This document shows positions 31,006-40,286 of a DNA stretch of 64,000 nt, piece by piece. A program made the translations under genes and the position numbers. The notes under the pieces are model-generated. The model saw only the letters and a program-made list of their open reading frames with translations, ran no database searches and was not told where the DNA came from. Every line of letters starts with the position of its first letter. Positions within the stretch are counted from its first letter, which is position 1. The stretch is taken from the NCBI RefSeq assembly GCF_019635935.1, contig NZ_JAHBYN010000001.1, positions 2,507,532-2,571,531 of the forward strand, in the 5' to 3' direction. Source of the stretch: Parvibaculum sp. (lineage in GTDB: Bacteria > Pseudomonadota > Alphaproteobacteria > Parvibaculales > Parvibaculaceae).

Positions 31006-33573
31006 ATGACAGCCCCGCTCCCCGCGCCCCGAACACCGCAAGCGCCCGCCGCGCTGCCGCCGGCCTTCGCCCGCTGGTTCGCCGCCCGCGGCTGGCGCCC
31101 GCGCGCGCATCAACTGGCGCTGCTCGATCTCGCCTGCACCGGAAATTCCGCGCTGCTGATCGCCCCCACCGGCGCCGGCAAGACGCTGGCGGGCTTCCTC
31201 CCCTCGCTGGTCGATCTCGCAGAAAATCCGCCATCGAAGCCCGCGCTGCACACGCTCTACATCTCGCCGCTGAAGGCGCTCGCCGTCGACGTAAAGCGCA
31301 ACCTCGAAATCCCGATTGCCGAAATGGGTCTCGACATCGCCATCGAAACCCGCACCGGCGACACGCCGCAGAACCGCCGCCTGCGCCAGCGCCACACGCC
31401 GCCCTCAATCCTGATGACGACGCCGGAGCAACTGGCGCTGCTGCTTTCCTACAGCGATGCGCCCAAATTCTTCGCCGCGCTCTCCTGCATCGTCCTCGAC
31501 GAGCTGCACGCATTGGCCAATTCGAAACGCGGCGATCTCTTGTCGCTCGGCCTCGCACGTCTCTCGCGTCTTGCGCCCGCCGCGCGCCGCGTCGGCCTGT
31601 CCGCTACCGTCGCCGAGCCCGATGCGCTCAGGCGTTATCTGATGCCGCAGTCGCCAAGTGATGAAACAGGCGGCGAAAGCCTCGCCGAAATCGTCGTCGC
31701 GCCGCCCGGTGCCGCGCCCGAAATCAACATTGTCGCCACGGGCCTGCCCGACGAAGAGGGCGGCGAGGCGCGCATCCCCTGGTCGGGTCATTCGGCGCGT
31801 CACGCGCTCCCCGCCGTCTACGAGGCGATCCGGCAAAACCGCATCGTGCTGGTCTTCGTCAACACGCGCTCTCAGGCCGAATTCGTCTTTCAGGAACTCT
31901 GGCGCCTCAACGACGACGCGCTCCCGATCGCGCTGCATCACGGCTCGCTCGCCGCCGAAGCCCGCCGCAAGGTCGAGGCCGCCATGTCGGCGGGCACGCT
32001 TCGCGCCGTCGTCTGCACCTCGACCCTCGATCTCGGCATCGACTGGGGCGAGGTCGATCTCGTCGTCAACATGGGCGCCCCGAAAGGCGCGAGCCGCCTG
32101 CTGCAGCGCATCGGCCGCGCCAATCACCGCCTCGACGAACCCTCGCGCGCGCTGCTGGTGCCGGCCAACCGTTTCGAGGTGCTCGAATGCGAGGCGGCCC
32201 GCGCCGCCGCCCTTGAAGGTGCGCAGGACGGCATGGTCGCGCGGCAAGGCGCGCTCGACGTGCTGGCGCAGCACATTCTCGGTTGTGCCTGTTCGCAGCC
32301 ATTCGACCCCGACGATCTCTATACGGAGGTTCGCTCCGCCGCGCCCTACCGCGCGCTGACGCGCGACGATTTCGGCAAACTGGTCGATTTCGTCGCCACC
32401 GGCGGCTATGCCCTGAAGACCTATGACCGCTTCGCGCGGCTCCGCCCCAACGCGAAGCTCGAAGGCGACATGCGCCTGCGCGCGTCCTCGCCTTCCGTCG
32501 TCCAGCAATACCGCATGAATGTCGGCACCATCGTCGAGGCGCCGATGCTGAAGGTGCGGATGATAAGGCGCGGCGGGCGCCGCCCCGTCGGAGGCATGGG
32601 CGGGCGTTACCTCGGCGAGATCGAGGAATATTTCATCGACCAGCTCTCCCCCGGCGACACTTTCCTCTTCGCCGGCCACATCCTGCGTTTCGAAGGTCTC
32701 GCCGAAACCGAGGCGCTCGTCACGAAGTCGCCATCCGGCGAACCGATGATCCCGTCCTACTACGGCGGCAAGTTTCCGCTCTCGACCTATCTGGCCGCCC
32801 GTGTCCGCCGCATGCTGGCGCACAAACCCGAATGGCGGCATCTGCCGCCGCAGGTCCGCGAATGGCTCGAAATGCAGAGCTGGCGCTCGGTGCTGCCCGG
32901 CGAAGACAATCTGCTGGTCGAGTGCTTCCCGCGCGGCGACAAGTACTATCTCGTCTGCTACCCCTTCGAGGGTCGCCTCGCGCATCAGACGCTCGGCATG
33001 CTGCTGACCCGCCGCCTCGACCGCGCCGGCGCGCGGCCGATGGGCTTCGTCGCCTCTGAATATTCGCTGGCGATCTGGTGCCTGCGCGATCCGGGCCTGA
33101 TGCATGAGCGTCACGAGCTGCCGCTCGGCGAGTTGTTCGCCGAAGACATGCTGGGCGACGATCTCGACGCATGGCTCGCCGAATCGAGCCTCTTGAAACG
33201 CACCTTCCGCGATTGCGCCATTATTGCCGGCCTGATCGAGCGCCGCTATCCGGGCCATGAGAAGTCGGGCCGTCAGGTCACCTTCTCCTCCGACCTCATA
33301 TATAATGTGCTGCGCGAGCACGAGCCCGACCACATCCTGCTGCGCGCCACCTTCAACGACGCCGCCACCGGCCTGCTCGACATCGCCCGCGTCGCTGCCA
33401 TGCTGAAACGCATCCGTGGCCGCATCGTCCTGAAACGCCTCGACCGCGTCTCCCCGCTCGCCGTCCCGGTCCTCCTCGACATCGGCAAGGTCCAGGTCGA
33501 CGGCGAGGCCAGCGAAGCGCTACTCTCCGAAGCGGCCGACAAGCTGATCGAGGAAGCGACGCGGCTGGTGTGA
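31006..33573 (+). CDS. lhr: Ligase-associated DNA damage response DEXH helicase (Lhr family)
   Basis: APTGAGKT, YISPLKAL, LDELH, GLSAT, LDLGID, QRIGRANH. Confidence 0.92.
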   Translation: MTAPLPAPRTPQAPAALPPAFARWFAARGWRPRAHQLALLDLACTGNSALLIAPTGAGKTLAGFLPSLVDLAENPPSKPALHTLYISPLKALAVDVKRNLEIPIAEMGLDIAIETRTGDTPQNRRLRQRHTPPSILMTTPEQLALLLSYSDAPKFFAALSCIVLDELHALANSKRGDLLSLGLARLSRLAPAARRVGLSATVAEPDALRRYLMPQSPSDETGGESLAEIVVAPPGAAPEINIVATGLPDEEGGEARIPWSGHSARHALPAVYEAIRQNRIVLVFVNTRSQAEFVFQELWRLNDDALPIALHHGSLAAEARRKVEAAMSAGTLRAVVCTSTLDLGIDWGEVDLVVNMGAPKGASRLLQRIGRANHRLDEPSRALLVPANRFEVLECEAARAAALEGAQDGMVARQGALDVLAQHILGCACSQPFDPDDLYTEVRSAAPYRALTRDDFGKLVDFVATGGYALKTYDRFARLRPNAKLEGDMRLRASSPSVVQQYRMNVGTIVEAPMLKVRMIRRGGRRPVGGMGGRYLGEIEEYFIDQLSPGDTFLFAGHILRFEGLAETEALVTKSPSGEPMIPSYYGGKFPLSTYLAARVRRMLAHKPEWRHLPPQVREWLEMQSWRSVLPGEDNLLVECFPRGDKYYLVCYPFEGRLAHQTLGMLLTRRLDRAGARPMGFVASEYSLAIWCLRDPGLMHERHELPLGELFAEDMLGDDLDAWLAESSLLKRTFRDCAIIAGLIERRYPGHEKSGRQVTFSSDLIYNVLREHEPDHILLRATFNDAATGLLDIARVAAMLKRIRGRIVLKRLDRVSPLAVPVLLDIGKVQVDGEASEALLSEAADKLIEEATRLV

Positions 33574-33599
33574 GCGGCGACCTTTCGAAAAACAAAAGT

Positions 33600-33625
33600 G
33601 TCACCCCGGCGCAAGCCGGGCTCCA
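33600..33625. repeat. REP-like element
   Basis: GTCACCCCGGCGCAAGCCGGGCTCCA has a CCCGGC/GCCGGG stem with GTCA…TCCA flanks, typical of alphaproteobacterial REPs. Confidence 0.6.
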
Positions 33626-33652
33626 TGGGCATCTCGAACTGACACCTGACAA

Positions 33653-34366
33653 ATGTACGAATTGAAACAGGACCTCCATCTCGAAATGCACCCCGCGCTC
33701 ACCGTTTGCGGACAGGCTTTCGACCTGACGCCCGAAGGCGCGGCCTTCCTCGCCGCCGAGCGTCTGCTCGTCGCCGCCGACCTCCATCTCGAAAAAGGTT
33801 CGTCCTATGCCGCGCGGGGCATCGCGCTCCCGCCCTACGACACCCGCGCGACGCTCGTCCGCCTCGAAAACCTGATCGCCCGTTTCCGCCCGCGCGTCGT
33901 CGTTGCGCTCGGCGACAGTTTCCACGACGCCCGCGCCGACAGCCGCATGGCGCCGAAAGACGCCGCGCATCTTGCCAGGCTCACGCGGAGCTGCGACTGG
34001 ATCTGGATTTCCGGCAATCACGATCCGGCGCCGCCGCCGCAATTCGGCGGCGAAATCATGGAACAATTTCGTCTCGGCCCGCTGACCTTCCGTCACGAGC
34101 CGCAGGCGGCACCCGCCACCGGCGAGATAGCCGGCCATCTTCATCCGTGTGCGGCGGTTCGCGTGCGCGGCCGCCGCCTGCGCCGCCGCTGCTACACGTC
34201 GGACGGCACGCGCATGGTTCTCCCCGCCTTCGGCGCCTATGCCGGCGGTCTCAACGTCCTCGACCGCGCCTTCGACGATCTGCTCCCCGGCCTCGATTTC
34301 CATGCCTGGATGATGGGCGGCCGCACCGTCGTCCCCGTCGCCGCCCGCCGCCTCGAAGCGGATTGA
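33653..34366 (+). CDS. pdeM: Ligase-associated metallophosphoesterase/endonuclease PdeM
   Basis: ADLHLEKG, LGDSFHD, GNHD, FRHEP, GHLHP, LPAFG. Start could be 33686. Confidence 0.92.
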   Translation: MYELKQDLHLEMHPALTVCGQAFDLTPEGAAFLAAERLLVAADLHLEKGSSYAARGIALPPYDTRATLVRLENLIARFRPRVVVALGDSFHDARADSRMAPKDAAHLARLTRSCDWIWISGNHDPAPPPQFGGEIMEQFRLGPLTFRHEPQAAPATGEIAGHLHPCAAVRVRGRRLRRRCYTSDGTRMVLPAFGAYAGGLNVLDRAFDDLLPGLDFHAWMMGGRTVVPVAARRLEAD

Positions 34367-34422
34367 TCCGTATAGGGATCGAATAGCGGAATTTGCCCCT
34401 GTTTCGAGGATAAACCCTCTCT

Positions 34423-34451
34423 CTGTCATCCATCTGTCAAAAAACTGTCAC
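34423..34451 (+). promoter_or_regulatory. Triple PHO box (PhoB-type direct repeats)
   Basis: CTGTCAT-CCAT-CTGTCAA-AAAA-CTGTCAC: three heptamers at exact 11-bp period (34423, 34434, 34445). Confidence 0.8.
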
Positions 34452-34504
34452 AAATGGCCTTCGCAGCGGGGATAAAAAAAGTAATCCCCTGGGTTATCCC
34501 CGTT

Positions 34505-35275
34505 CTAGCCGAACGTCGCCAGCACCGGAAAAGTCTCCAGCAGGAAGATCGCGATCCGCTCGAACGAACCGAGGATCATCAGCGTCCCGGTCGCCGCCAG
34601 CAGCAGCCCCGCCGCCATTTCGACCTTGCGCATGTGACGGCGGAAGCTCGACGCAAAAGACAAAAATCCGCGTACGGCAAATGCCGCCGCGATAAATGGA
34701 ATGCCGAGCCCCAGCGAATAGACGGTGAGCAGCGCCGCACCCGCCTGCAAACTTTCCTGCGCCGCCGCGATCGTCAGGATCGTCGCGAGGATCGGACCGA
34801 TGCAGGGCGTCCATCCGAAGGCGAAGGCAAGCCCGAGAACATAAGGGCTGAAAAACTGCATCGCCGGGCTGCGCGCGACATCGCCATTGCCCGCGATGCG
34901 AAAACGCATGTCGCGATCGAGCAGCGCAATGCGAAAGAGACCCATGTAATGCAGGCCGAAAATCACAATCACCGCCCCTGCAATTTGCGACAGTACGATC
35001 TTGTTCGACATGATGAACGGATTGATCGCCGAGGCGCTGGCGCCAAGCGCGACGAAGATCGTCGTGAAGCCGAGCACGAAACCGGCCGCGCCCAGCGCGA
35101 CGCGCTGTGTCAGCCCTTCGGATGCCAGCGGCTTTCCCTCCGCATCCTCGCGCGTCAACTCTTCGAGCGACGTGCCGGCGATGAAGCAGAGATAGGCCGG
35201 CACCAGCGGCAACACGCAAGGCGACAGAAAACTGATCAGCCCGCCGGCGGCGGCGGCGAAATATCCGATCTCCAT
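34505..35275 (-). CDS. ccdA: Cytochrome c biogenesis / thiol-disulfide transporter CcdA
   Basis: FLSPCVLPLVPAYL and FAFGWTPCIGPILA (two catalytic Cys). Confidence 0.93.
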   Translation of the reverse strand: MEIGYFAAAAGGLISFLSPCVLPLVPAYLCFIAGTSLEELTREDAEGKPLASEGLTQRVALGAAGFVLGFTTIFVALGASASAINPFIMSNKIVLSQIAGAVIVIFGLHYMGLFRIALLDRDMRFRIAGNGDVARSPAMQFFSPYVLGLAFAFGWTPCIGPILATILTIAAAQESLQAGAALLTVYSLGLGIPFIAAAFAVRGFLSFASSFRRHMRKVEMAAGLLLAATGTLMILGSFERIAIFLLETFPVLATFG

Positions 35276-36075
35276 TAGGGTCGCCTCATCACGGCCGAAG
35301 CCAGCCAGCCCGCAAATGCCGCACCGAGAACGGCGAGCAATCCGTATAGCAACGGGTCGCTATGCGCCATCCGATAGATGAAACGTTCGATGCCGCGCTT
35401 GTCGATATAGAGCGGCGACGAAATCGTGTCGATCACATCGCCATCCTGAAACAGATAGACCTTGGCGGTATAAAGGCCAACCGGCACATTGGCGGGAATG
35501 TCGACACGCGCGCGAAAAAGCGTCTGCCCGAGAAATGTCACGCCGCCCGGCACGCTGACATAGAGCCGGTCGCGCTGCCTGTTGCGGATCAGTGCCTTCC
35601 AGAAAGCGGTCTCCTGCTCCGGCAGCAGAATCTGCACCGTCCCGTCGATGGCGCGCGCCTCCGCAACGCCGGGATCGATGCTTTCGATGCCGATGCGCAG
35701 TGCTTTCAGAATATCCGGTGTGGTCGTCACTTCGAGCGGCCGCGTGCTGGCAACCGCGTAGTAGCCCGGCACGTCGGGATAGGTGACGGAATCGTGGTTG
35801 ACCCAGATGCCGGCCACGCGCTCCTTGCGTCTCACCATCGCCGGTGCGTTCGGCCCCTGCACCACGACGACGATGTCGCGGTTGAGCGCGCGTGTGCCGG
35901 GCGTGCGCGCCTCGACCGCGCCGAAGAGCAGGATCTGGGTACCCGTGAAGTTCGAGCGAATGGCGATCTGGTGTTCGGAAAGATCGGTCACCAGCTGGTC
36001 CGCGCGCAGGGGCGTCGCCGCCAGAACGGCGACGGCGAGCGCAAGCGCGAGGCGATATGTCGAAACGGCGTTCAT
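35275..36075 (-). CDS. Conserved alphaproteobacterial TIGR02186-type membrane protein
   Basis: IAIRSNFTG, VRRKERVAGIWVN, LFRARVDIPANVPVG; C-terminal TM; TAATG overlap with ccdA. Confidence 0.85.
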   Translation of the reverse strand: MNAVSTYRLALALAVAVLAATPLRADQLVTDLSEHQIAIRSNFTGTQILLFGAVEARTPGTRALNRDIVVVVQGPNAPAMVRRKERVAGIWVNHDSVTYPDVPGYYAVASTRPLEVTTTPDILKALRIGIESIDPGVAEARAIDGTVQILLPEQETAFWKALIRNRQRDRLYVSVPGGVTFLGQTLFRARVDIPANVPVGLYTAKVYLFQDGDVIDTISSPLYIDKRGIERFIYRMAHSDPLLYGLLAVLGAAFAGWLASAVMRRP

Positions 36076-36995
36076 CTGTGCGGCACCACGTCGACAACGG
36101 AATAGAGATCGGCCGGCGTCGTCACCAGTTCGTAGCCGAGCCGGAGGCTGATCAGCAACAGGATCGCGGCGAGCAGCGCACGCAATTGTTCGGCCGGAAG
36201 TCTTTCCGCCGCCCGCACGCCATATTGCGCGCCGACGACGCCGCCGATCACCAGCAGGAATCCGAGCACGATATCGACGGCGAAATTTGTGTAGGCATGC
36301 ATGACGCCGGTCAGCGCCGTTACGAACACGATCTGGAAAAACGACGTGCCGATCACGACATTGGTCGGCATCCGCAGGAGATAGATCATCGCCGGGATCA
36401 TGATGAAGCCGCCGCCGACGCCCATGATCGCCGACAATGTGCCGACGAAATAGCCGACAAGGATCGGCGGAATGACGCTGATGTAAAGTTTCGAGCGGCG
36501 AAACCGCATCTTGAAGGGCAGGCCGTGGATCCAGTTGTGGTGGCCGCCGCGCCGCGCCGGCAGGGCGCCGCCCCGCGCCGCACGTATCGCGCGCACACTC
36601 TCCACCATCATCATCGCGCCGATGACGCTCAGGAAAACCACATAGACGAGCGAGATGACGAGGTCGATCTGGCCCATGCGGCTCAGCGCCTTGAAGAGGA
36701 AGATGCCGCTGATCGAACCGGCGACGCCGCCCGCCAGCAGCACCGCCCCCATTTTGAAGTCGATGGATTTTCGCGTGAAATGCGCGAGCGCCCCCGTCAC
36801 CGACGAAGCGACGACCTGCGTCGTCTGCGTGCCGACGGCGACGGCGGGCGGGATGCCGAGAAAGATCAGCAGCGGCGTCATCAGGAAGCCGCCGCCGACG
36901 CCGAACATGCCCGAAAGGAAACCGATCGCAACGCCCATGGCCAGAATGGTCAACACGCTGACCGGCATCTCGGCGATCGGAAGATAAATCTGCAT
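36072..36995 (-). CDS. TauE/SafE family (sulfite exporter-like) permease
   Basis: MQIYLPIAEM, GMFGVGGGFLMTPLL, IMGVGGGFIMIP. Confidence 0.92.
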   Translation of the reverse strand: MQIYLPIAEMPVSVLTILAMGVAIGFLSGMFGVGGGFLMTPLLIFLGIPPAVAVGTQTTQVVASSVTGALAHFTRKSIDFKMGAVLLAGGVAGSISGIFLFKALSRMGQIDLVISLVYVVFLSVIGAMMMVESVRAIRAARGGALPARRGGHHNWIHGLPFKMRFRRSKLYISVIPPILVGYFVGTLSAIMGVGGGFIMIPAMIYLLRMPTNVVIGTSFFQIVFVTALTGVMHAYTNFAVDIVLGFLLVIGGVVGAQYGVRAAERLPAEQLRALLAAILLLISLRLGYELVTTPADLYSVVDVVPHR

Positions 36996-37003
36996 GACGC
37001 GCG

Positions 37004-37032
37004 GCTCCGGCGGCCGAAAGCCGTCCCGGAGC
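37004..37032 (-). promoter_or_regulatory. Hairpin sequestering the tauE Shine-Dalgarno
   Basis: GCTCCGG-CGGC-loop-GCCG-TC-CCGGAGC; on the minus strand the GGAG sits in the stem 9 nt before the ATG. Confidence 0.4.
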
Positions 37033-37113
37033 GAAAAGGGACGGAAAAACGGATGCGGATTTGGGTAACACGTCCGCGCGGGAATTCCTAGGCATCCCGC
37101 GCCGGAAACGGGA

Positions 37114-40089
37114 TCAGCCGAAGCGCGCCTCGAGCGTCGCCAGCGTCTCGGACGTCACCGTGCCCGTCGCCTCCAGCCCCTCGGTCATCTGGTAGCTGAG
37201 AATGGCGTCGCGTGTGCGCGGGCCCATCAGCCCGTCGGGCGATCCGGCATCGTAGCCGAGCCGGTTGAGCAGCGCCTGCGTGCGCGCGATGGCGTCGCGT
37301 GTCGGCGCCGCATCGCCGCCGATATTGCCCACCGCCGAGACGTCCCAGCTCTTCAGCGTGCTGATGTCGCCATTGGCAAGCGGTTCCGGCGTCCGGGCGC
37401 GCCATGTTTCGGCAGCCACCTTCGCCTTGGCGAGGTCGGCGGCATCCATCGTCGCGGCCAGCGCATCGCGCTTGGCGGCCGCGCCTTTGTCGCCACCCTT
37501 GGCGGCGATCGCGAGCCATTTATAGGCCTCGATGGGGTTCTTCTCGATGCCGAGCCCGCGCTCGTTGAGCACCGCGAGATTGTACTGGCTGTCGCCGAGG
37601 CCGTAATTGGCGGCGGCATCGAACCATTTGGCGGCGGTCGTGAAGTCCTGCGCGGTGCCGCGGCCTTCCGCGTGAATGACGGCGAGATTGTGCATCGCCT
37701 TCACATTGCCGCTCTCCGCCGCCTTCTCGTAAAGCGTCCGCGCCCTGGCGTCGTCCTGCGGAACGCCGCGCCCTTTCTCGTATTGCGTGGCGAGGCGGTA
37801 TTGCGCGATGGCGAGATCCTGATTGGCCGCGCGCTCGAACCATTCGGCGGCGCGCGCCATGTCCTGCGACACGCCCTCGCCATTGGCAAAGCGCTGCCCG
37901 AGTTCGTATTGCGCCGCCGCGTCGCCGCGCGTCGCCGCATCCATCAGCGTCAGCCGTGCCGGTTCGACGGGCGCGGTCTCGACGGGCTTGGCCGGCGCCG
38001 CCGTTGCGGGCGCCGCCGGTGTCAGCGTCGCCTGGCCGGCCGGCTGCGCGGTCGCGGGTTTCGGCGTTGCGGGTTTCGGTTCGGGCACCAGCGCTTCGTC
38101 CGGCGCTTTCGCTGCCGGTGGCGTGGTGGACGCCGGCGTCGTGGCTTCGCTTGCCGCCGCGCCGGCGTCCTCCGGACTGGCCTCCGGATTTTCGTTCTGG
38201 CTGGCGCCGCCCGGTGCAAGCACCGAAGGTTGCGGCGCGCTCTGTTCGACGATCGGGCGTTCGGGTTGCGCAATGCGCGGCGCCGGGCCTTCTTTCAGCA
38301 TCACATAGGCGCCGGCCATCAGCGCCAGCAACACAAAGCTCGCCGCAAGACCGGTGATCAGTTTGCGCCGGCCCGCGCCGTGGTCCTCGGCCGAAAAACG
38401 CGCCGGCGATTCCGGATAGCCGGGCGCCGGCGGCGTGGCGTAGTAGGGCTCCTGCCGCGGCGACTGCCCGCCTTGCGCGGCGGCCTGCGCGGCGCGGCGT
38501 GCGGCGGCGAGAAAATCATTGGCGGCGCGCTGTCCGGCGTTCTCCACCGGCGGCGGCGCGGGATCGGGCGGAATGATGCCGTCATCGACAGGCGCGCGCA
38601 TCTGTGCGTCGTCAAAGCTCTCGTCGTCGGCGGGATAGGGCGGCGGCGCGTCATTCTCGTAGGGCGCATCGGCGGGCGGCGGCGCCGAAACGGCCGGCGC
38701 GGCCGTGCGGCCCCAATCGGTTGCGTTGAGCGCCGGACCGAGATTGCCGCCCATTGCCGGGTTGAGCATCGGCGGCGCATCGAATTGCGGTAGCGGGAAG
38801 CCGGGGCCTGACGGTGCGAAACCGGCGGCAACGCCCGCATTGAGCTGCGGCGAAAGCGTCGCCTGCTTCACGGCCTTGGTTTCGCGTTCGAGATATCCGA
38901 GACGGTTCGTCATCTTCTCGATCATCGACTGCAGCGTCGTCAGCGCCTCGCGGTCGCGGCTGTCGGTCGCGCTCAGATTTTCGTTGATGCCGGCAATCGC
39001 CTGCTCGACGGTCTGCGCCGCCTGCATCGTCAGTTGTTCGTTGTGTTCGAGGCGCTGCGCCATCTGCTCGAGACGTTGCGCCAGCGCCTGCGGAATTTCG
39101 TGGCGCTGCACATTGTCGAGCTCTTCGAGCTTGCGCGCGATGCTGCTGACGCTCGTCTCGAAAGTCTTGACCGTTTCCTCGGTGCGATGTTCGGTCTGCT
39201 CCAGCCGCCGCGCCATTTGCTCAAGGCTCGTCTGGAGCCGGTCGATGGTGGCGCGCTGGCTGTCGGCGTGGGATTTTTCCTCGATGGCCTTCAGCGCGGC
39301 TTCCACGGCTTGCGGGCCGATGCCGGTGACGCCGTGCTCCATCTTTTCCATGCGCGTCGCAAGCTGCATCAACGCGTCTTCGAGCGCGCGCGCCCGCTTC
39401 TTGGCTTCCTCGCGCTCGGTTTCTTCTTCCGCCGTTTCGACGCGGTCGGAAAGCGAAGCCAGCGACTGGCGGATTTCGCTCAGCGTTTCGTCGGTGCGCC
39501 GCTCGGTCGCGTCGAGATGATCGACGACCGCATTGACGGCTTTTTCGAGTGTCTGGATCGTGCGCGCATCCTCGGGACGCAACCCGCCGCCGCGCGCGCG
39601 TTCGGCGCGTTCCATGCGTTCGTGAAGCTGCTGCAATTTCCGGTCGAGCGGATCCAGCGATCGCGCATCGGAAACCCGGGCCTCGGAATATCTGTCGTCC
39701 ATGTCGTACTCCGACTGGTCGATGCGCTGGGCGAGTTGTCCCACCGTCGCTTCGAGCCTGCGCGTCATTTCCGCGGTGCGGCGTTCGCTATTCTCGACCC
39801 GCTGCACCACCTCGCGCACCGCCTCCGCCACGGGAGCGAGATCGACCCCGGCGGCAGGCTTCGGTTCGGCCGGCGCCGGTTGCGGCATGGCCTCGGGCGG
39901 CGGCGCATAGGCATTTCGGTAGGCAGCGGACGCGGCGCCATCGGCGCCCACTTCGTCCGTGCCCGTATCCATGATGACCTGGTTCAGCCACGCGCCGAGC
40001 GTCACGCCCGCCCGCCGGGCGGCCTGCTTGGCCGCCTCGCGCGCCTCGGGCTCAATGCCCTTGACGCTCCATGGAACCCCCGGTCTCAT
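37114..40089 (-). CDS. podJ: Polar organelle development protein PodJ (coiled coil, TM, Sel1 repeats, PG-binding domain)
   Basis: WSVKGIEPEAREAAKQAARRAGVTLGAWLN N-terminus; Sel1 repeats (AQYELG, AMHNLA, SQYNLA); C-terminal QALLNRLGYDAGSPDGLMGPRTRDAI. Confidence 0.88.
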   Translation of the reverse strand: MRPGVPWSVKGIEPEAREAAKQAARRAGVTLGAWLNQVIMDTGTDEVGADGAASAAYRNAYAPPPEAMPQPAPAEPKPAAGVDLAPVAEAVREVVQRVENSERRTAEMTRRLEATVGQLAQRIDQSEYDMDDRYSEARVSDARSLDPLDRKLQQLHERMERAERARGGGLRPEDARTIQTLEKAVNAVVDHLDATERRTDETLSEIRQSLASLSDRVETAEEETEREEAKKRARALEDALMQLATRMEKMEHGVTGIGPQAVEAALKAIEEKSHADSQRATIDRLQTSLEQMARRLEQTEHRTEETVKTFETSVSSIARKLEELDNVQRHEIPQALAQRLEQMAQRLEHNEQLTMQAAQTVEQAIAGINENLSATDSRDREALTTLQSMIEKMTNRLGYLERETKAVKQATLSPQLNAGVAAGFAPSGPGFPLPQFDAPPMLNPAMGGNLGPALNATDWGRTAAPAVSAPPPADAPYENDAPPPYPADDESFDDAQMRAPVDDGIIPPDPAPPPVENAGQRAANDFLAAARRAAQAAAQGGQSPRQEPYYATPPAPGYPESPARFSAEDHGAGRRKLITGLAASFVLLALMAGAYVMLKEGPAPRIAQPERPIVEQSAPQPSVLAPGGASQNENPEASPEDAGAAASEATTPASTTPPAAKAPDEALVPEPKPATPKPATAQPAGQATLTPAAPATAAPAKPVETAPVEPARLTLMDAATRGDAAAQYELGQRFANGEGVSQDMARAAEWFERAANQDLAIAQYRLATQYEKGRGVPQDDARARTLYEKAAESGNVKAMHNLAVIHAEGRGTAQDFTTAAKWFDAAANYGLGDSQYNLAVLNERGLGIEKNPIEAYKWLAIAAKGGDKGAAAKRDALAATMDAADLAKAKVAAETWRARTPEPLANGDISTLKSWDVSAVGNIGGDAAPTRDAIARTQALLNRLGYDAGSPDGLMGPRTRDAILSYQMTEGLEATGTVTSETLATLEARFG

Positions 40090-40245
40090 CCGAATCACTA
40101 TGCCCGTTAACCCTCTGAGGCAGTATAAACCGCGCTATCTGGTATTACGAACGCGCGCTGCCCCAAAACCTTGTAGCGGTTGCACCATCGCCGGACGGCG
40201 TGTGAATGCAGGCCGGCAACTTCCCTCATAAAGCGCCAACCTAGG

Positions 40246-40260
40246 TAAAGACGGGGTTAA
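40246..40260 (-). promoter_or_regulatory. Candidate CtrA box upstream of podJ
   Basis: Minus strand TTAA-CCCCGTC-TTTA(C), one mismatch to TTAA-N7-TTAAC; extra GTTAAC at 40106-40111. Confidence 0.5.
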
Positions 40261-40286
40261 CGGGGGCCATTTCCGGGGCGTCGGCC

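Noticed and set aside
34454-35278. 274-aa plus ORF right after the PHO box
   Set aside because: Exactly antisense to ccdA, no SD, starts 3 nt after the box, shadow-like composition. Kept only as a possible antisense transcript.
38000-38200. Short tandem repeats in podJ
   Set aside because: They encode the expected Pro/Ala-rich linker (PKPAT repeats); not a separate element.
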